From NCBI GenBank assembly GCA_977020255.1, contig CDROCS010003966.1, positions 62,001 to 126,000 on the forward strand: DNA of 64,000 nucleotides, read 5' to 3'. Of the stretch, positions 48,401 to 57,899 are shown piece after piece (position 1 is the first letter of the stretch; every line of letters begins with the position of its first letter). A program made the position numbers and the translations under genes. This DNA is from Obrimoposthia wandeli (taxonomy: Eukaryota). The notes beneath the pieces were generated by a model, which did no database searches, was not told the DNA's origin, and worked only from the letters and a program-made list of their open reading frames with translations.

Positions 48401-48928
48401 AGGCGCAGTCGCTGCAGTTGATGGTCCACACTCCCACACAGCCACCGCCGTGGACTCTGAGGACGATCTCGTACTGGATGATGGAGGAGGACGAGGGCGG
48501 TCGCCAGGACACGGAGATTCTGTTGCCGGCCATGAACGAGGACGCTGAGGAACTCGCACTGACTCCCTGCACCACACCGCTCTGCACTTCAGCAGATATA
48601 AAGGTGGATCTGTACTGGATTTGTCCTTGAGCAGTGGCCACGATGATCTCGTACTCCGTATTGGGTCTGAGAGCGGCACTGGCGAATCTGAGAGTCGGGC
48701 CCGATCCGGATGTGTCGTACACCACGGAGGAGGAGGGAATATCCGCAGTGGAGCAGCCAGAGCCGGACTTGCTTGTGGACGCTGTGGAAGTGGATTTGGT
48801 GTAGGTTATATCGATCGTGCACGGAGTCGAGCTGAGTTTGAGATAGAATTTGTCCGTGTTTGGATCTGTGAATGTGATCGTCAATTGAGAATAGTCCGAG
48901 TTGTAATTGGCGCTGGCAGCGAATAAAC
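14972..48928 (-). CDS. Host multi-FN3 extracellular/receptor-like gene (partial; at least 7 FN3 modules; may be more than one tandem paralog)
   Basis: GC-richer exons with canonical GT-AG boundaries in a repeated phase 1-0-1 layout. FN3 hallmarks V.W..P..PNG.V..Y.V.L and PYT.YTV.V...NG.G.G. Confidence 0.8.
16304..16736 (-). CDS. FN3 module (exons 16736-16552 and 16511-16304)
   Basis: Near-copy of the neighbouring modules, with a 40-nt GT-AG intron. Confidence 0.85.
17703..18135 (-). CDS. FN3 module (exons 18135-17951 and 17910-17703)
   Basis: Same two-exon layout and 40-nt intron. Confidence 0.85.
19044..19464 (-). CDS. FN3 module (exons 19464-19280 and 19239-19044)
   Basis: Same layout. 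First half is more diverged (SSFPSSSVNVIWNASTIPKG). Confidence 0.85.
20305..21238. repeat. Intronic minisatellite, ~31 x 30 bp
   Basis: Unit GTCCTTG(C/T)CAACCAATGGCTCATGGATGAT. The ACTAAC variant clusters at the right end. Confidence 0.98.
21414..21846 (-). CDS. FN3 module (exons 21846-21662 and 21621-21414)
   Basis: Same layout and 40-nt intron. Confidence 0.85.
23165..23430. repeat. Short direct duplication (~65 bp, two copies plus a partial)
   Basis: GAGAAATGTGACCTATTTTTGAC..CTTAGAAAAATGACGT(A/G)CTATAGTATGTTTTTGAAATTTG at ~23168 and ~23358. Confidence 0.8.
23450..24151 (-). pseudogene. Degenerate exon-like remnants (diverged FN3 start and possible transmembrane segment)
   Basis: SSFPTAPFNIVWYPTSP resembles the module start. 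Downstream frames contain stops, and EIQLLLSSLFLFRFYNHK is hydrophobic. Confidence 0.35.
24760..25670 (+). mobile_element. Tigger/pogo-like remnant (5' part duplicated at ~45660-46395)
   Basis: KISRDHAICESTVRHLIK..RNRSILLIDMERLLSIYIE fits the Tigger HTH/CENP-B region. About 730 bp are nearly identical to 45660-46395. Confidence 0.7.
26050..26420 (-). mobile_element. L2/CR1-type non-LTR retrotransposon remnant
   Basis: RLYYCDVMLINLP..NNSVRFIF..LWVPMRTRIEYKFLML resembles the L2 ORF2 C-terminus (RLDYC..LP..LHWLP..RI.FK). Confidence 0.6.
26840..27600 (+). mobile_element. Degenerate transposon-like coding remnant with a SWIM-like CxC..C.H motif
   Basis: ECLCGMERACHTLGVL..ILCYL. Frames are broken; superfamily not assigned. 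Confidence 0.3.
27640..27977 (-). pseudogene. Packaging ATPase 5' fragment plus upstream ORF fragment of B'
   Basis: MELNNNAVFQIVGPSGSRKTHFVCKLLQN, homologous to 30842 onward. Confidence 0.85.
28014..28093. repeat. 80-bp palindrome inside the left TIR of B
   Basis: Arms CCCCTTGTCCTTTAAAACCGTGCATGT(G/T)TGTGGAGTGAAA, 39/40 complementary, no loop. Confidence 0.95.
28130..28440. repeat. Subterminal tandem repeat, ~6.5 x 47 bp
   Basis: Unit GGGTGATGGGCGAATGTCTCGCTCTCATGTATATCACTAACTAGCTT, with starts near 28157, 28204, 28251, 28298, 28345 and 28392. Confidence 0.92.
28769..29230 (-). CDS. OB-fold/SSB-like paralog 2 of element B
   Basis: NPVKI..FKDDLG..WNISIRLNGY..PLWSLSEA. A second copy lies at 38506-38940. 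Confidence 0.6.
   Translation of the reverse strand: MYLMCIFINIVFNQFPYFRMNKRCVANFYYPERISKGKLCNILKRHQIIRVMNPVKISKVENKYIIEILTTSDIDQLKNILGFYIPDYVYEGNCFEFETDPSLDFKDDLGYLIAPILDEELWNISIRLNGYFADEGKMQPLWSLSEANMLFYV
29317..29799 (-). CDS. OB-fold/SSB-like paralog 1 of element B (ortholog of 5997-6383)
   Basis: YEEVKQYFKY..FL..A..NPVTI..RG..FLDDYG..WTVTIRLYGYK..PMWKIERA. Confidence 0.62.
   Translation of the reverse strand: MHSYQRQLSTMEDSQRVLNGDEDSEIFEKSDKDMYEEVKQYFKYKVRFLKMAQLIALVNPVTIERRKFSYYLSNIQKPDFHYLKQKIEKAVPNFTLNKNEFYIRGPDEAFLDDYGRYVDIDAFSKKKQWTVTIRLYGYKKDEMGRNLPMWKIERAHISMF
30016..30526 (+). pseudogene. TBP-like gene of element B, with a 35-nt intron (30146-30180) and a 1-nt frameshift near 30355
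   Basis: MKLVNINYKG..KPRQYV..TVVIFFT-G|NCRVMGCK..IQSITISANFGKQINLFK..FKPEIF(P)ALSYLKFKPLCVNIFSSGKVMILGLK. The GTTAGT..TTTTAG intron is required to keep the frame. Confidence 0.85.
30562..30804 (+). CDS. Small protein with a C-terminal hydrophobic helix, upstream of the ATPase
   Basis: Ends SLINFCISSTIALTLYISIRKLL. Homologous fragments at 27880-27977 and ~55535-55620. Start codon uncertain. Confidence 0.5.
   Translation: MDRLADEIFSGKIRGKQILSELKNNDITRDNIEILVRSHVIREFRNHTQINKIIAKYSLINFCISSTIALTLYISIRKLL
30842..31405 (+). pseudogene. Packaging ATPase of B, C-terminally truncated by a deletion
   Basis: Intact Walker A GPSGSGKT, IIIDDL, ARHREVTVIFITQNL. Ends at FIDFTQ, where MCP-derived sequence begins. 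Confidence 0.92.
31402..32154 (+). pseudogene. C-terminal fragment of the major capsid protein of B
   Basis: LRLNFFEQPKYLIPGVNVHLRL..GNLRLEIKF..YGVFDSEIQI aligns with the MCP of A. Internal stop at 31726-31728. Confidence 0.9.
32156..32510 (+). pseudogene. Adenain-like protease of B, spliced (intron 32161-32202), disrupted
   Basis: ATG AA|GTAAAA..TTTAG|T TCA gives MNSVQV..KFNGVYPIDMIP..GGYIINTHT*NLPGEDWIAI. Stop and frameshift follow. Confidence 0.85.
32754..35480 (-). pseudogene. pPolB of B with EndoVII-like insert; multiple stops/frameshifts, N-terminus replaced by a retroelement
   Basis: YADFE, CYLC..DHDHVTGRYLG, FHNLKGYD, DINNLYG, KLKSNSLFG*T, DTD, RAKGV and DDKR..LAYGH motifs. Confidence 0.92.
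35478..37028 (-). mobile_element. 5'-truncated R2/NeSL-type non-LTR retrotransposon (restriction-like endonuclease end plus 3' region)
   Basis: FIHRAR, CRKGC..ESMSHAIVGC (CCHC), RHDMIC, RPDI, IEIKIPF, KY..L and IGTLGYW motifs, with a frameshift near 36770. Hairpin AGGCCCCATAGGGGCCT at the 3' junction. Confidence 0.85.
37165..37674 (-). pseudogene. TBP-like gene of B' (intron 37544-37510)
   Basis: Close copy of 30016-30526 with the same intron, the same 1-nt frameshift and an extra TAA in exon 1. Confidence 0.85.
37918..38400 (+). pseudogene. OB-like paralog 1 of B' (TGA at 38113-38115)
   Basis: Close copy of 29317-29799. Confidence 0.7.
38506..38940 (+). CDS. OB-like paralog 2 of B'
   Basis: Close copy of 28769-29230, open frame. 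Confidence 0.62.
   Translation: MFFNQFPYFRMDKRYVANFYYPERISKGKLCNILKRHQIIRVMNPVKISKVENKYLIEILTTSDIDQLKNILGFYIPDYVNEGNCFQLETDPSLDLKDDLGYLIAPILDEEIWNMSIQLNGYFADDGKMQPLWTLSEANMLFYV
39283..39366. repeat. Terminal inverted repeat of B'
   Basis: Reverse complement of 27978-28057 with few changes; ends CCACCTACT. Confidence 0.9.
39390..40600 (+). mobile_element. Ty3/gypsy gag-protease remnant (same family as 59870-62050)
   Basis: Two decayed CCHC knuckles (CFCCGEKCH.*NQCP and C.IGGKEGHNLNSC). Strong DNA similarity to 59870-61080. Confidence 0.7.
41489..41941 (-). CDS. FN3 module (exons 41941-41757 and 41696-41489)
   Basis: LWLQWRAPSVPNGAVSEYTVVL..CIAVWRVTCSDCSDK | TVGDG..AC..LPYTDYTVVIQARNGWGHG. 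60-nt intron. Confidence 0.85.
42900..44400 (-). mobile_element. Highly decayed CR1/L2-like non-LTR remnant
   Basis: Only fragmentary RT-like words remain (RPL..MCEIILQTIRGAHL; EAVQR). Confidence 0.35.
43166..43418. mobile_element. hAT (Charlie-type) MITE, 253 bp
   Basis: TIRs CAGCGGTTTC / GAAACCGCTG with an 8-bp TSD TTCTAATG / CTCTAATG. Confidence 0.85.
45660..46395 (+). repeat. Direct copy of 24760-25495
   Basis: Long, nearly identical block beginning TGACAAGGACCTGAACTAAGTGTGA. Confidence 0.9.
46420..46810 (+). mobile_element. hAT (Charlie-like) transposase C-terminal remnant
   Basis: EFWIK..[49 protein letters not shown]. Confidence 0.85.
47866..48928 (-). CDS. Most upstream visible host exons (48928-48375 and 48073-47866): an extra FN3-like domain plus a module
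   Basis: LRPNTEYEIIVATAQG..ISVSWRPPSSSSIIQYEIVL..CVGVWTINCSDC | TRSSGSKLC..ILPYTHYVVDVQPINWWGWG. Acceptor TTTATCTCAG precedes 48928. Confidence 0.8.
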
Positions 48929-49359
48929 CTGAGATAAACATTATCAGATGCATTTCTCAATAAAAATCACCTCGAGGGATTAGAACTAGTAAAAGTATAC
49001 AAAGAATCGAGTTCATGGATGTATTTCTTCAAGAGTTGAACAGAAAACGATTCTCAATAAAAATACTTTAGATAAATATTTTACCAGAATTTAAACACCT
49101 GGACGAATAATAAAGATTGGACATAAACTAATGAAAACCCTTTTTTTATTTTTATTTTTTACCAACTCCAAACAAACCAGATTGAAAAATGTTTAGTAGA
49201 TGGATTCATTAGTTTTTATGGCCTTGACAATTAAGTCAATTCTGCTGATGAGATTAATTCAAAATAGTATTTATTTTAAAAAAATCAAATGTCATATGTA
49301 TTTATCTAGAATTTAAAATGTCTCACATATTTTTTATAGAATTAAAAATCAATTAAATA

Positions 49360-52300
49360 CAGAAGTACATCGAACAGTGCGGGTTTGTTATGCGTAAATT
49401 CGCTATTTTTCGGTTAAGAATTTACAACCTAAACAAACTTGGTAAAACGCCAAAAAAAATTCAAACAGCAAAAATTTAAAAAAAAAATTTAAATCAATTT
49501 TTTTGTTACTTTTTCGAGAGACTTAAAACTTTAAACATTTTATTTTATATTAGTTTCAATACACGAGACTACTTATAAATGACAATATATAAAGATATTT
49601 TAAAGCTCAAGGATTATAACAACAAAATAAATCAAATTAGTATAAATGTGAATAAATAAATAACCGCTGATATAAAAAATGAAGAAAGTAACTAACAAGA
49701 GGCAGATTTTTCATTTGTAAATGAAATTAAAAATCCTTAAGGAATTGCTAAACTGTGGCATTGTTGCTTCACTTGCAAGAAAATATTATGTAAATAAATC
49801 TAGCATTCGACGAATTAGAGACAATTTAAAAAATTAAAATCGCAGTTATGAATTCTACACCATTGGCTGCTAAAACTCAACAATAATTAGATCGTAATTG
49901 ATTAAAAAATCGAAAAACTACTATCTATTTAGATTAAAGATCAAAACATTTCTTCGAACATTATTACCATTAAGGCATTAGATTTTTATAAAAGCTTAGC
50001 ACAATATGAAGGTGAATCATCAAATGGTGAATCTTTTCAGGCAAGCAAAGGTTCGTTCAATTTATTTAGTAAAATCGTAAATCCAAGATGGTTTAGAGCA
50101 AGATATATTTTGAATTCTGCCATTTCACAGATTAGAGAATATTTAAACAAAACCTCAAACAACAATCCCCCATGATCTCTAGATCACAAATAGTCTTTTA
50201 AATGGGCCGGTCGCCGTACGGCTCTTTGTAGGAATTATCTGGCACCCTCGGAAGCGACTTTTTCTTCTCCTTCCTTTGCAATTTTCTCTGGCTGTTCTTT
50301 CAACGCCAAAATGATTCAGGTTGTGCACTGCCAATATTTCTACTTCATTCCCGATTACGCTACTGCATGCCACACTTACACGATTGAGCCACTTTTGGGG
50401 CACTTTGGTAAGCTCATCAGCTTTATTTCCTGCTGACTTAACTAGCCTGATATTAACAGTTAATCTCCTTTGTTATATTATGGTTTTCAATAGATTCAGT
50501 CGCCTATGCGCTAGTGCTGATCCAAGACCATGCTTTTTTACTCGCTTGTCTTCCGAAGTAATTGACTTTACCCAGCCATGAACCGTAGACGAATCTGTAT
50601 AAACAAGAATTCGGGACGTCCTCCATTTGATCGCACAATTAAGTCCTTTGGCAACTGCTTCCAACTCTACCAAATTGATATGATCTTGATATGATCTTCC
50701 TTCCGCAACCAACTGAAGTCTTCAACTACCAAACCCTCAATTTCCACTACGACTCCCATTACGAGACTGCTAGCAGCACACCATACTGTTCCTTCAATCG
50801 TATCAGTCACTATCCAGACTCCTTGCACAGGATCGTTTTCGGAAACACGTTCCTCAATTTCTTTCAGCTTTTCAACGATTTTCCTCTCCACGTTGTTTTC
50901 CCAATTAGTACCGTTTGTCAATCTTTGTCAATCACAGGACGAACGTTTCCTTTGTTTTGCTGTAGAACGGCCATGTGGGGTATTACATAAGTGTACTCAC
51001 CATAAAACTGTCTCAGCCAACCTTGTTCTATCCTTTCTTCAATCTCTTCTTCCAAATGATTTAGTACCTCATCCTGTACCCGATATTGACTAACCTGGTT
51101 CTGTAGAGCTAGCTTAACGATTCCTTCTTTCCATTCCCATCTCGCCATCCATCTTCCATTCTCAAACTTTGCATGGAAATCCTTATCCACGACATCTACG
51201 ACCTCCCTGAATGTGATTCTTCATTCATCCTTCATGTACACAAGTTTCATTCTTTGACTTGAATGTACTATTTACTGTAGAACTTAATCCAACTATTTCT
51301 TCCATGTCACAATCAACTTTTGGTTCTGTAGAGAACCATTTGCCCGGAAGCACATTCACATGATCATCGACTCCAACCGGATTCGATGAATCTGATACTG
51401 CACAGACATCATTGAATTGGCCAAACTTAACATTCCTTCCATCACCACTTACCCAAACTCCACCAAGTATATTGACAGCATACATTCCCAACAACATGTC
51501 ATAGCCAGTTACTATACGAGAAACGATGCAATTTAGCCGAATTTTACGTGCATTGACATTAACTTCACATTCCATGCACTTCCTCGAATTTACACTTTCT
51601 CTGGTCATTAATGTTATGTTATAATCAAAATTTGTGTTTGATCCTTCGACTGTCAACGCACCCGAAAGAATAGATCTCAAACATCCCGTATCAACCATTA
51701 CTTTTTAAGCTTTAGTTCAAACATGGATGATAACTGTTGAATATAAGCCATATCAATGGGACAGCCGCTGGTGCATACTCAGACTATATTAGTGGTTTTT
51801 TGATTCTCGTTTGAAACATACTGGCGCCAAGTGACCAACTATATTACATATGTAGCATCTGCGTTTTTCTTCCACTGAGCAGTTCCTAGAAATATGATCT
51901 TCATCTCCACATCGGAAGCATTTTATTCCTGAACTAATTACTCTTTTTCTATGATGAGCTGCGACAGCTCCAACTTGGCAAATACCTTCAATTTCAATTT
52001 TTTGTCATCCTAGTTCGGGCTTCAGCTATAAATTGTTGTAATGAACAGTTTCCACACTTCATCAAAATTTCAGGCAGGCCAGCGACTAGCGCCAATTTCA
52101 CAATATTAACTCCCATACCGATACTTGATGAAATACTTTTCAATTCTCACGAGAACCGATTGACTGATTTTTCGAGTTGCAATTTCCTCTGACTGAATCG
52201 CTTAAACGCCTCGAAGCGACCGATCCCATAGGTATCTCTTAATCACTTCATAAATGATTCTGCGTGCTTCTTTTCGGCTTCTTCTAAATGCATGAACATC

Positions 52301-53053
52301 ATTAAGGATTCATCTTTCATTCTCAACGGAATAATTAAGCTTAATTTTTTTCCAATCAAAACAGATCGATCTTCATTTTGATCTCACTAATCCACTCATC
52401 CACATTCGACGTCCCATCAAAAATGCTTATGCTCTCCAATTCCTTCAACACCTAAATAGCTTGTAATCCAATCGCAAATACAAGATGGCTTGGAACAAGA
52501 TATATTTTGAATTCTACCGTTTCAAAGAGTAGAGAATATTTAAACAAAACCTTAAACAACAATATACATATTATTAACTGGAGAGGAAGCTAGTGGTGAT
52601 ACAGAAGCTACTGTTCTATACCCAAATATTTTGGAGGAAATTATTGATAAAGAAAGTTATCTACCAAACCAAGTATTCAATGTTGAGGAAACTTCACCGC
52701 AAAAAGAAAGGGAATGTTAAATTGTCAAATTATTTCGTTTATAGATTATGATATAAGTGAAAAAAGTTATTTATTATTATTATTGCTTTTTATAACGTTA
52801 AGATTTTGTAAAAAAATAATAATATTTAAAAAACTATAAAACTATTTTAAGGAAAACTCAATGATTTGTCTTAGAATCTTTATATACATTTGTAGATTGA
52901 AAAATATTAATTTTTTTGTTCAAAATGTAAATATTTTTTGTTCATAGGAATCAATCACCCTAATTTCCTCTTAATTACGGTTTGATTTGCATGATTTCGC
53001 ACTGCATGGTGTTTTTTTGGAACGTAACCCACACGCAGATGGAAGGACTACTG
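49360..53053 (+). mobile_element. Tigger/pogo transposon remnant interrupted by a gypsy element
   Basis: TA|CAGAAGTACATC..GAAGGACTACTG|TA ends. FQASKGSF before and TGEEASGD..YLPNQVFNVEET after the insertion. Confidence 0.7.
50070..52563 (-). mobile_element. Internally deleted Ty3/gypsy element with ~100-bp LTRs
   Basis: Direct repeats at ~50070-50165 and ~52461-52563. Polypurine GGGGGA precedes the 3' LTR TGT. Gag CCHC (CFRCGDEDHISRNC), protease VDTG, RT and RNase H fragments. Confidence 0.8.
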
Positions 53054-55189
53054 TATATGCATATTTAAAAGTTTATCTGTTTAAAAAAACCTATTTTTAA
53101 ATATTTGAAAACAATTTTTATCCAGTGTTTGAAAACTAATTACATTTTTATGTCTTATAAATTTCATACAAACTTAAAATAAATTTTATACAAAAAATAT
53201 ATAATGATAAATAAATTATATAATAAATGTAAAATAAATATTTAATATAATATAGTACTTTGTGTAATTCATTAAAAAATATTTTTAAGTATTATGTTCA
53301 AGAATAAAATGTAAATTCGAAAAATGTAATTTCAACTAACACAAAATTAAATAGAAATAATAAGTGTTATTTCAAAAAGTGGTAAAAGTATTATAAATGC
53401 CTAAATATTAAAAATGAATTTAACAATTTATACATAGATATATTAGAAAAGTATTATTCTAGTACATTTTATAAACATTATTGTTTTATATTAAACTATA
53501 TAATTTATTATCAACATGTGACTTTAAAAATAAAAAAATAATGTAACCTCTCAAATAATTCTTAAACAATATTTTCGAAAGTCATTTTTTGCTAAAAAAA
53601 TCTTATTTAAATTTAAATAACCTCACATTTTTACTGTTTTACTGTTTTAAAACGTTTCTTACTAATTTAATGAACTTTATATTATTTTATAAAAAGAAAA
53701 CTTTAAAAAATATTCCTATTTTAATAATTTTGATTTTTATTAATTGAAGTTAATTTAATTTATTATTTTAATGTTTTTAAAACCTATACATAACCGTTCA
53801 AAAACTACTTTTTTATTTTTATCTAAATAAATAAATTTATCAATTCTAACCTGAAAAATTTTAAAATAAGTTATATTTTTATTAAAAATATAAAAAAGGC
53901 CAACAATCTTTCAGAAATAATAAGTTTTAGGTCATTAACAAGCATGATAGTATTATTTAAGCCACCTTAATTTAAGATACTATATTTATGGTAGAGAAAG
54001 CAATTTGGAAATATATCTTAAAATTGAAAGTATTCCTCTTCTTAAACATTTTACCAAAATTTTGTTCTTGTTCAGATAGTTTTTTACAATTGTCAGATTA
54101 TGAAAATTTGCTTTTTTTATTTTTAAGTATAATAATTACAATTTGAAATTTACAACATACATTAAACTCGAGAATAATTTCCACTTTACAAGATTTAGTT
54201 TCTGGTAGATATTTTATCGTGGTCTAGGATACACAGGGTAATTCATGATGTCAAGTTTGTCAAAAGTTACATTAAATTATTTGTGGTTGTTGTGCTGGTC
54301 TTCTCTTCGCTTAGGATCACAAGCAGTCACAGACGTCCTTCCAGCATTGCTGTGGGTGGTGTGGTCTTGAGTGCATACTAGGTTGAAGGTCAGTTGTTGT
54401 GTGATGTTTATGCAACGGTGACTGGGTCTTCTCGTTCTGCAACACAGAAGAAACACTAACATTCATTCAAGTTCTTGCAACAAAATTCCACTTTTCTTTC
54501 AATGTCTTATTTGGGTGGTTCAATTTCGAAGTATTTGGTGAATTTTAATCTGTATACAGAGCACCGAGGGTAAGTCAGAGTTGGTAAATCGCCGTAGGCT
54601 ATGATCTATTTCGAAAGATATTCCTCGAGATATAGATGGTTGCACATATTGGGTCTTGTTCTTCGTACTGGCATATCTTGTAAAGATATTGAGTATTCCT
54701 CAGACATTCTAATTACATAGCTGTGATTAGTTTATACATTATTTCTACATTTTCTTTTATATACTAAATTTTTTTATACTCTAGTTTATCTACAACTTTC
54801 GTTTGACATACCTCAGACCCTTGTAGGGGGTAGAGGTAATGATCGTCATTCCACTTCCTTCATCATATGTATATTACAGCATTGTATTTCTCTACATCTT
54901 CGTCATATGTTTGGAAATACTGGACTGACTTTTACACACATTATTGTTGGTAGAAATATTTAAATATACACTACTGTCATTGCTATTAGAACTTTAACTG
55001 GCATTATTTCACTGCTCTACCTGATAGTCACGTTCTTTTTTGTCTTCCCCTTTCTCAAACGATATTTAAAATGGTGTTTTTCGCGTTCTGTATTCTGTAC
55101 GTCAACTGTGATATTTTGATTACTTTTGATTTCTGTTCTTTGGATAAATGTTCAAGTTTAAACACTTATCAAGATTTGAAATCCATAAA

Positions 55190-55650
55190 AAATTTTCAAT
55201 CTTTCGCACCAATCCGTATCAAATCCTTCAATTAATTTTATTCCCTACAAGATGCAAACTTATGTTTTGGTTAATCTGCTTTCCCCTCCTCCACCATGAT
55301 GCCAATAAATATTTTTGAAACTAGATTTGAGAAGAGATTCATTTTGCAACAATTTACATACGAAATGTGTTTTTCCACTTCCACTGGGACCAACTATTTG
55401 AAATACAGCATTATTATTTAGCTCCATTACATATTAAGCGTATATTAAGCGGTGATAAAGATTTTAAAATGTTTAAAGAATCGGATAAGGATATGTATGA
55501 AGAAGTGAAACAATATTTCAAATACAAAGTCAGATTAATGAATATTTGGCAATCATTTTATTTATTTGTGTTCGATTTCTTAATTCTCGAATAACATGTG
55601 ATCTAACCAATATTTCAATATTGTAATTTTTATATATATATATCGGATAA
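55190..55650 (-). pseudogene. Third family-B ATPase/upstream-ORF remnant, with an inserted piece of the OB1 gene (~55442-55537)
   Basis: DNA match to 27640-27977 continuing CGAATAACATG-TGATCTAACC. The insert matches ~37962-38058. Confidence 0.8.
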
Positions 55651-56712
55651 TTGGTGTGAATGGAACAATATTTTTTTTTAAAAATTCTACTCACAAGGAA
55701 ATGTACTTTGGGTGTCAAAAAAATTAGGAGTTCGCAATTTGTATAAAAATTATGAAATGAATTCTACATATAAAAGTAATTTCATTATCTGCTAGTTTTC
55801 AGTATATAAAAAATTATAGAAAGAAATATTTATGTGATAAATTTATAAATGTGTTTAAATATATTATATTATAGAAACCCTAACGTGATTATATGAATAA
55901 ATACCAAATAAAAATTAATTTAATGAAATATTAAATTATTATTGGTTTAAAATAAAACCTTACCAAATTCCTATTGGATTTTAAAATTTGCCACACCACT
56001 TCAACTAGTGCGCTTAAATTTTCGGATTTAAAATATTTAAATATAAACCAAATCATAATTTTTTTATTTTTTTATAACTCTTTCAAATCTTAATATCAAT
56101 ATTTTTCCAACTCTATGTATTTTATAGTGTGACACTAATACACATACAGACAAAAAAATAGCATCGCTGCAAGCCTGTCAACTTATATACAGAGATAGGG
56201 AAGATTATCTCGGCAGAAATCTCGAGACGCTGTCATGTGTGCCTTGGCAGAGCATGATTATGTGACTGCCGACACCGCCGAACTGAGACAGATGATGTTG
56301 ATGGTGACGCTGGTCGACAGGGATGACAGAGCAGGATGATGAGGAAGGAAGGTGGAGGAGAGAGGCTGCTGTTTCTGGGCGGAAGAATCTTTGGTGGTCA
56401 AAACCATTTTATTTTGTCAGATTTATCTCTGACCTTTAGCCACCTCCCTGACGAGGTTGAACAAGAATACCTCCCTGATCGTGGGCATTTCAGTAATGTC
56501 AATTTAAATTGACTTATTAAATTCTAAAATGTTAATTTTTAAAAATCCCTATAATCCTATGGGAGTAAACAAAGTCAGTCCTCTGACGTTATAAAAACAA
56601 AAATAAAAATAATGTACCGTTTGAAAATAAAAATTAAACATAAATTTTACACTTTTCGCATTTGCAAACAATAAAACATTTAATGAATAATAGTATAAAA
56701 TTTCTTACTACT

Positions 56713-57517
56713 CTAAAGGTTGTCTTCAGAATCAGAGGAGCAACGTCTATGACCAGGAAACTTAGCTCTGCTCTCGCGAAGGGAGGGAACGATCGACCCA
56801 ATTTCAATATGTATTTCACGTTCTTTACGGATGTATATTTCTCTAGTCCATTTCGTATCTTCCAAACTAGAGTCTTTTTCTGTATTTTTTGATTGAAATA
56901 ATAGAGAACCATTCGTCTCAATCCAACTTGGGTTTGTTGATCAAAATCTCGTTGAATGGTCTTGGTGGCTCCTAGATCTATTAAGGTGGCGAAATCTGAT
57001 TTTCTCATTCCTAGAACTTTTAAATCGTTCGTCATTCCCGTTACCACCATTATATTTCCTCTAAGGATTTTTTGTGCTTGTGTCATTACATCCCTAGAGT
57101 CCGATTGGTTTCTTAATTTGTACTCACTTAATCCAGTTATGCGTCCTACATAATTTCTAAATCTTTCTCTACTGGTACATAAAGTATTGAGGAGAACATT
57201 TCTTTCCCAGTTCATTATGGAGACGCTTGCGTTGGTTGTTTTTTCATTGTGATTATCATCTCACAATCTACGACAAAAATTTGGAGAATACTGGGTGATA
57301 ATTACAGATAACACATCTTAACGTGTTCCGGTTTGACGTTCTGCTCGACGAAGAGTACATTGTATCCACCAGATAAACGGATTTTTAGGTCAGTAGGGTG
57401 AAGTGGGTCTTCGGGCTCACCCCATTTGTGCAAGTGAGCCAGAAGATCATAGCAACAAGGCGTGTGCCATGGTGTGCGCACGCCATGACACGTACCACAT
57501 ATGTGTGTTGTTGCCAT
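56713..57517 (-). pseudogene. Intronless DEDDh 3'-5' exonuclease (REX4/ISG20-like) with an N-terminal Cys/His cluster
   Basis: VVDCEM..ASVSIMNW..VLLNT, ILRGNIMVVTGMTNDLKVL, IDL, GLRRMVLYYFNQKIQ..(H)SSLEDTKWTREIY. One stop and two frameshifts. Confidence 0.75.
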
Positions 57518-57899
57518 GGCAACTACGGCACGTGCTAAGGTCTTGTTTTACTATTCAATTTTTTGTGCCAATTTTGAAATTTTTCAAATGTATTTTTTCA
57601 AAAATTTTCTAAATTTTCAACAAAAAAAATTCAAAAAAATTCAAAATTTTCAAAAAACAGATTTTTTAAAATTTTACACAAAATTTTTTTAGTTAAAAAA
57701 TAAAATGTTACACATTATTTTTTACAAAATTTTTTATAGTTTAGTTTTCTATTAAATCGTTCTATTAATCCGTAGGTTTTGGGGTGATATGGTGTTGTAT
57801 TAATCATTTTTATATGAAAAATTTCGACTTTAGATGCTAATATATTATTTATAAATTCAGGACCTTTGTCGGTTAAAATGTTTCTTGGTGCACCAAAAG

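Noticed and set aside
48929-48953. MHLIMFIS as the signal peptide/start of the host gene
   Set aside because: A good acceptor (TTTATCTCAG) directly precedes 48928 in the expected phase, so this stretch is probably intronic.
54277-54470. GC-rich exon-like island with an acceptor-like TGTTGCAG
   Set aside because: No recognisable domain or donor site; cannot be linked to a gene.
56161-56420. GC-rich island, possible first exon of the FN3 gene
   Set aside because: The candidate frame contains an internal TAA, and no convincing signal peptide or donor site was found.
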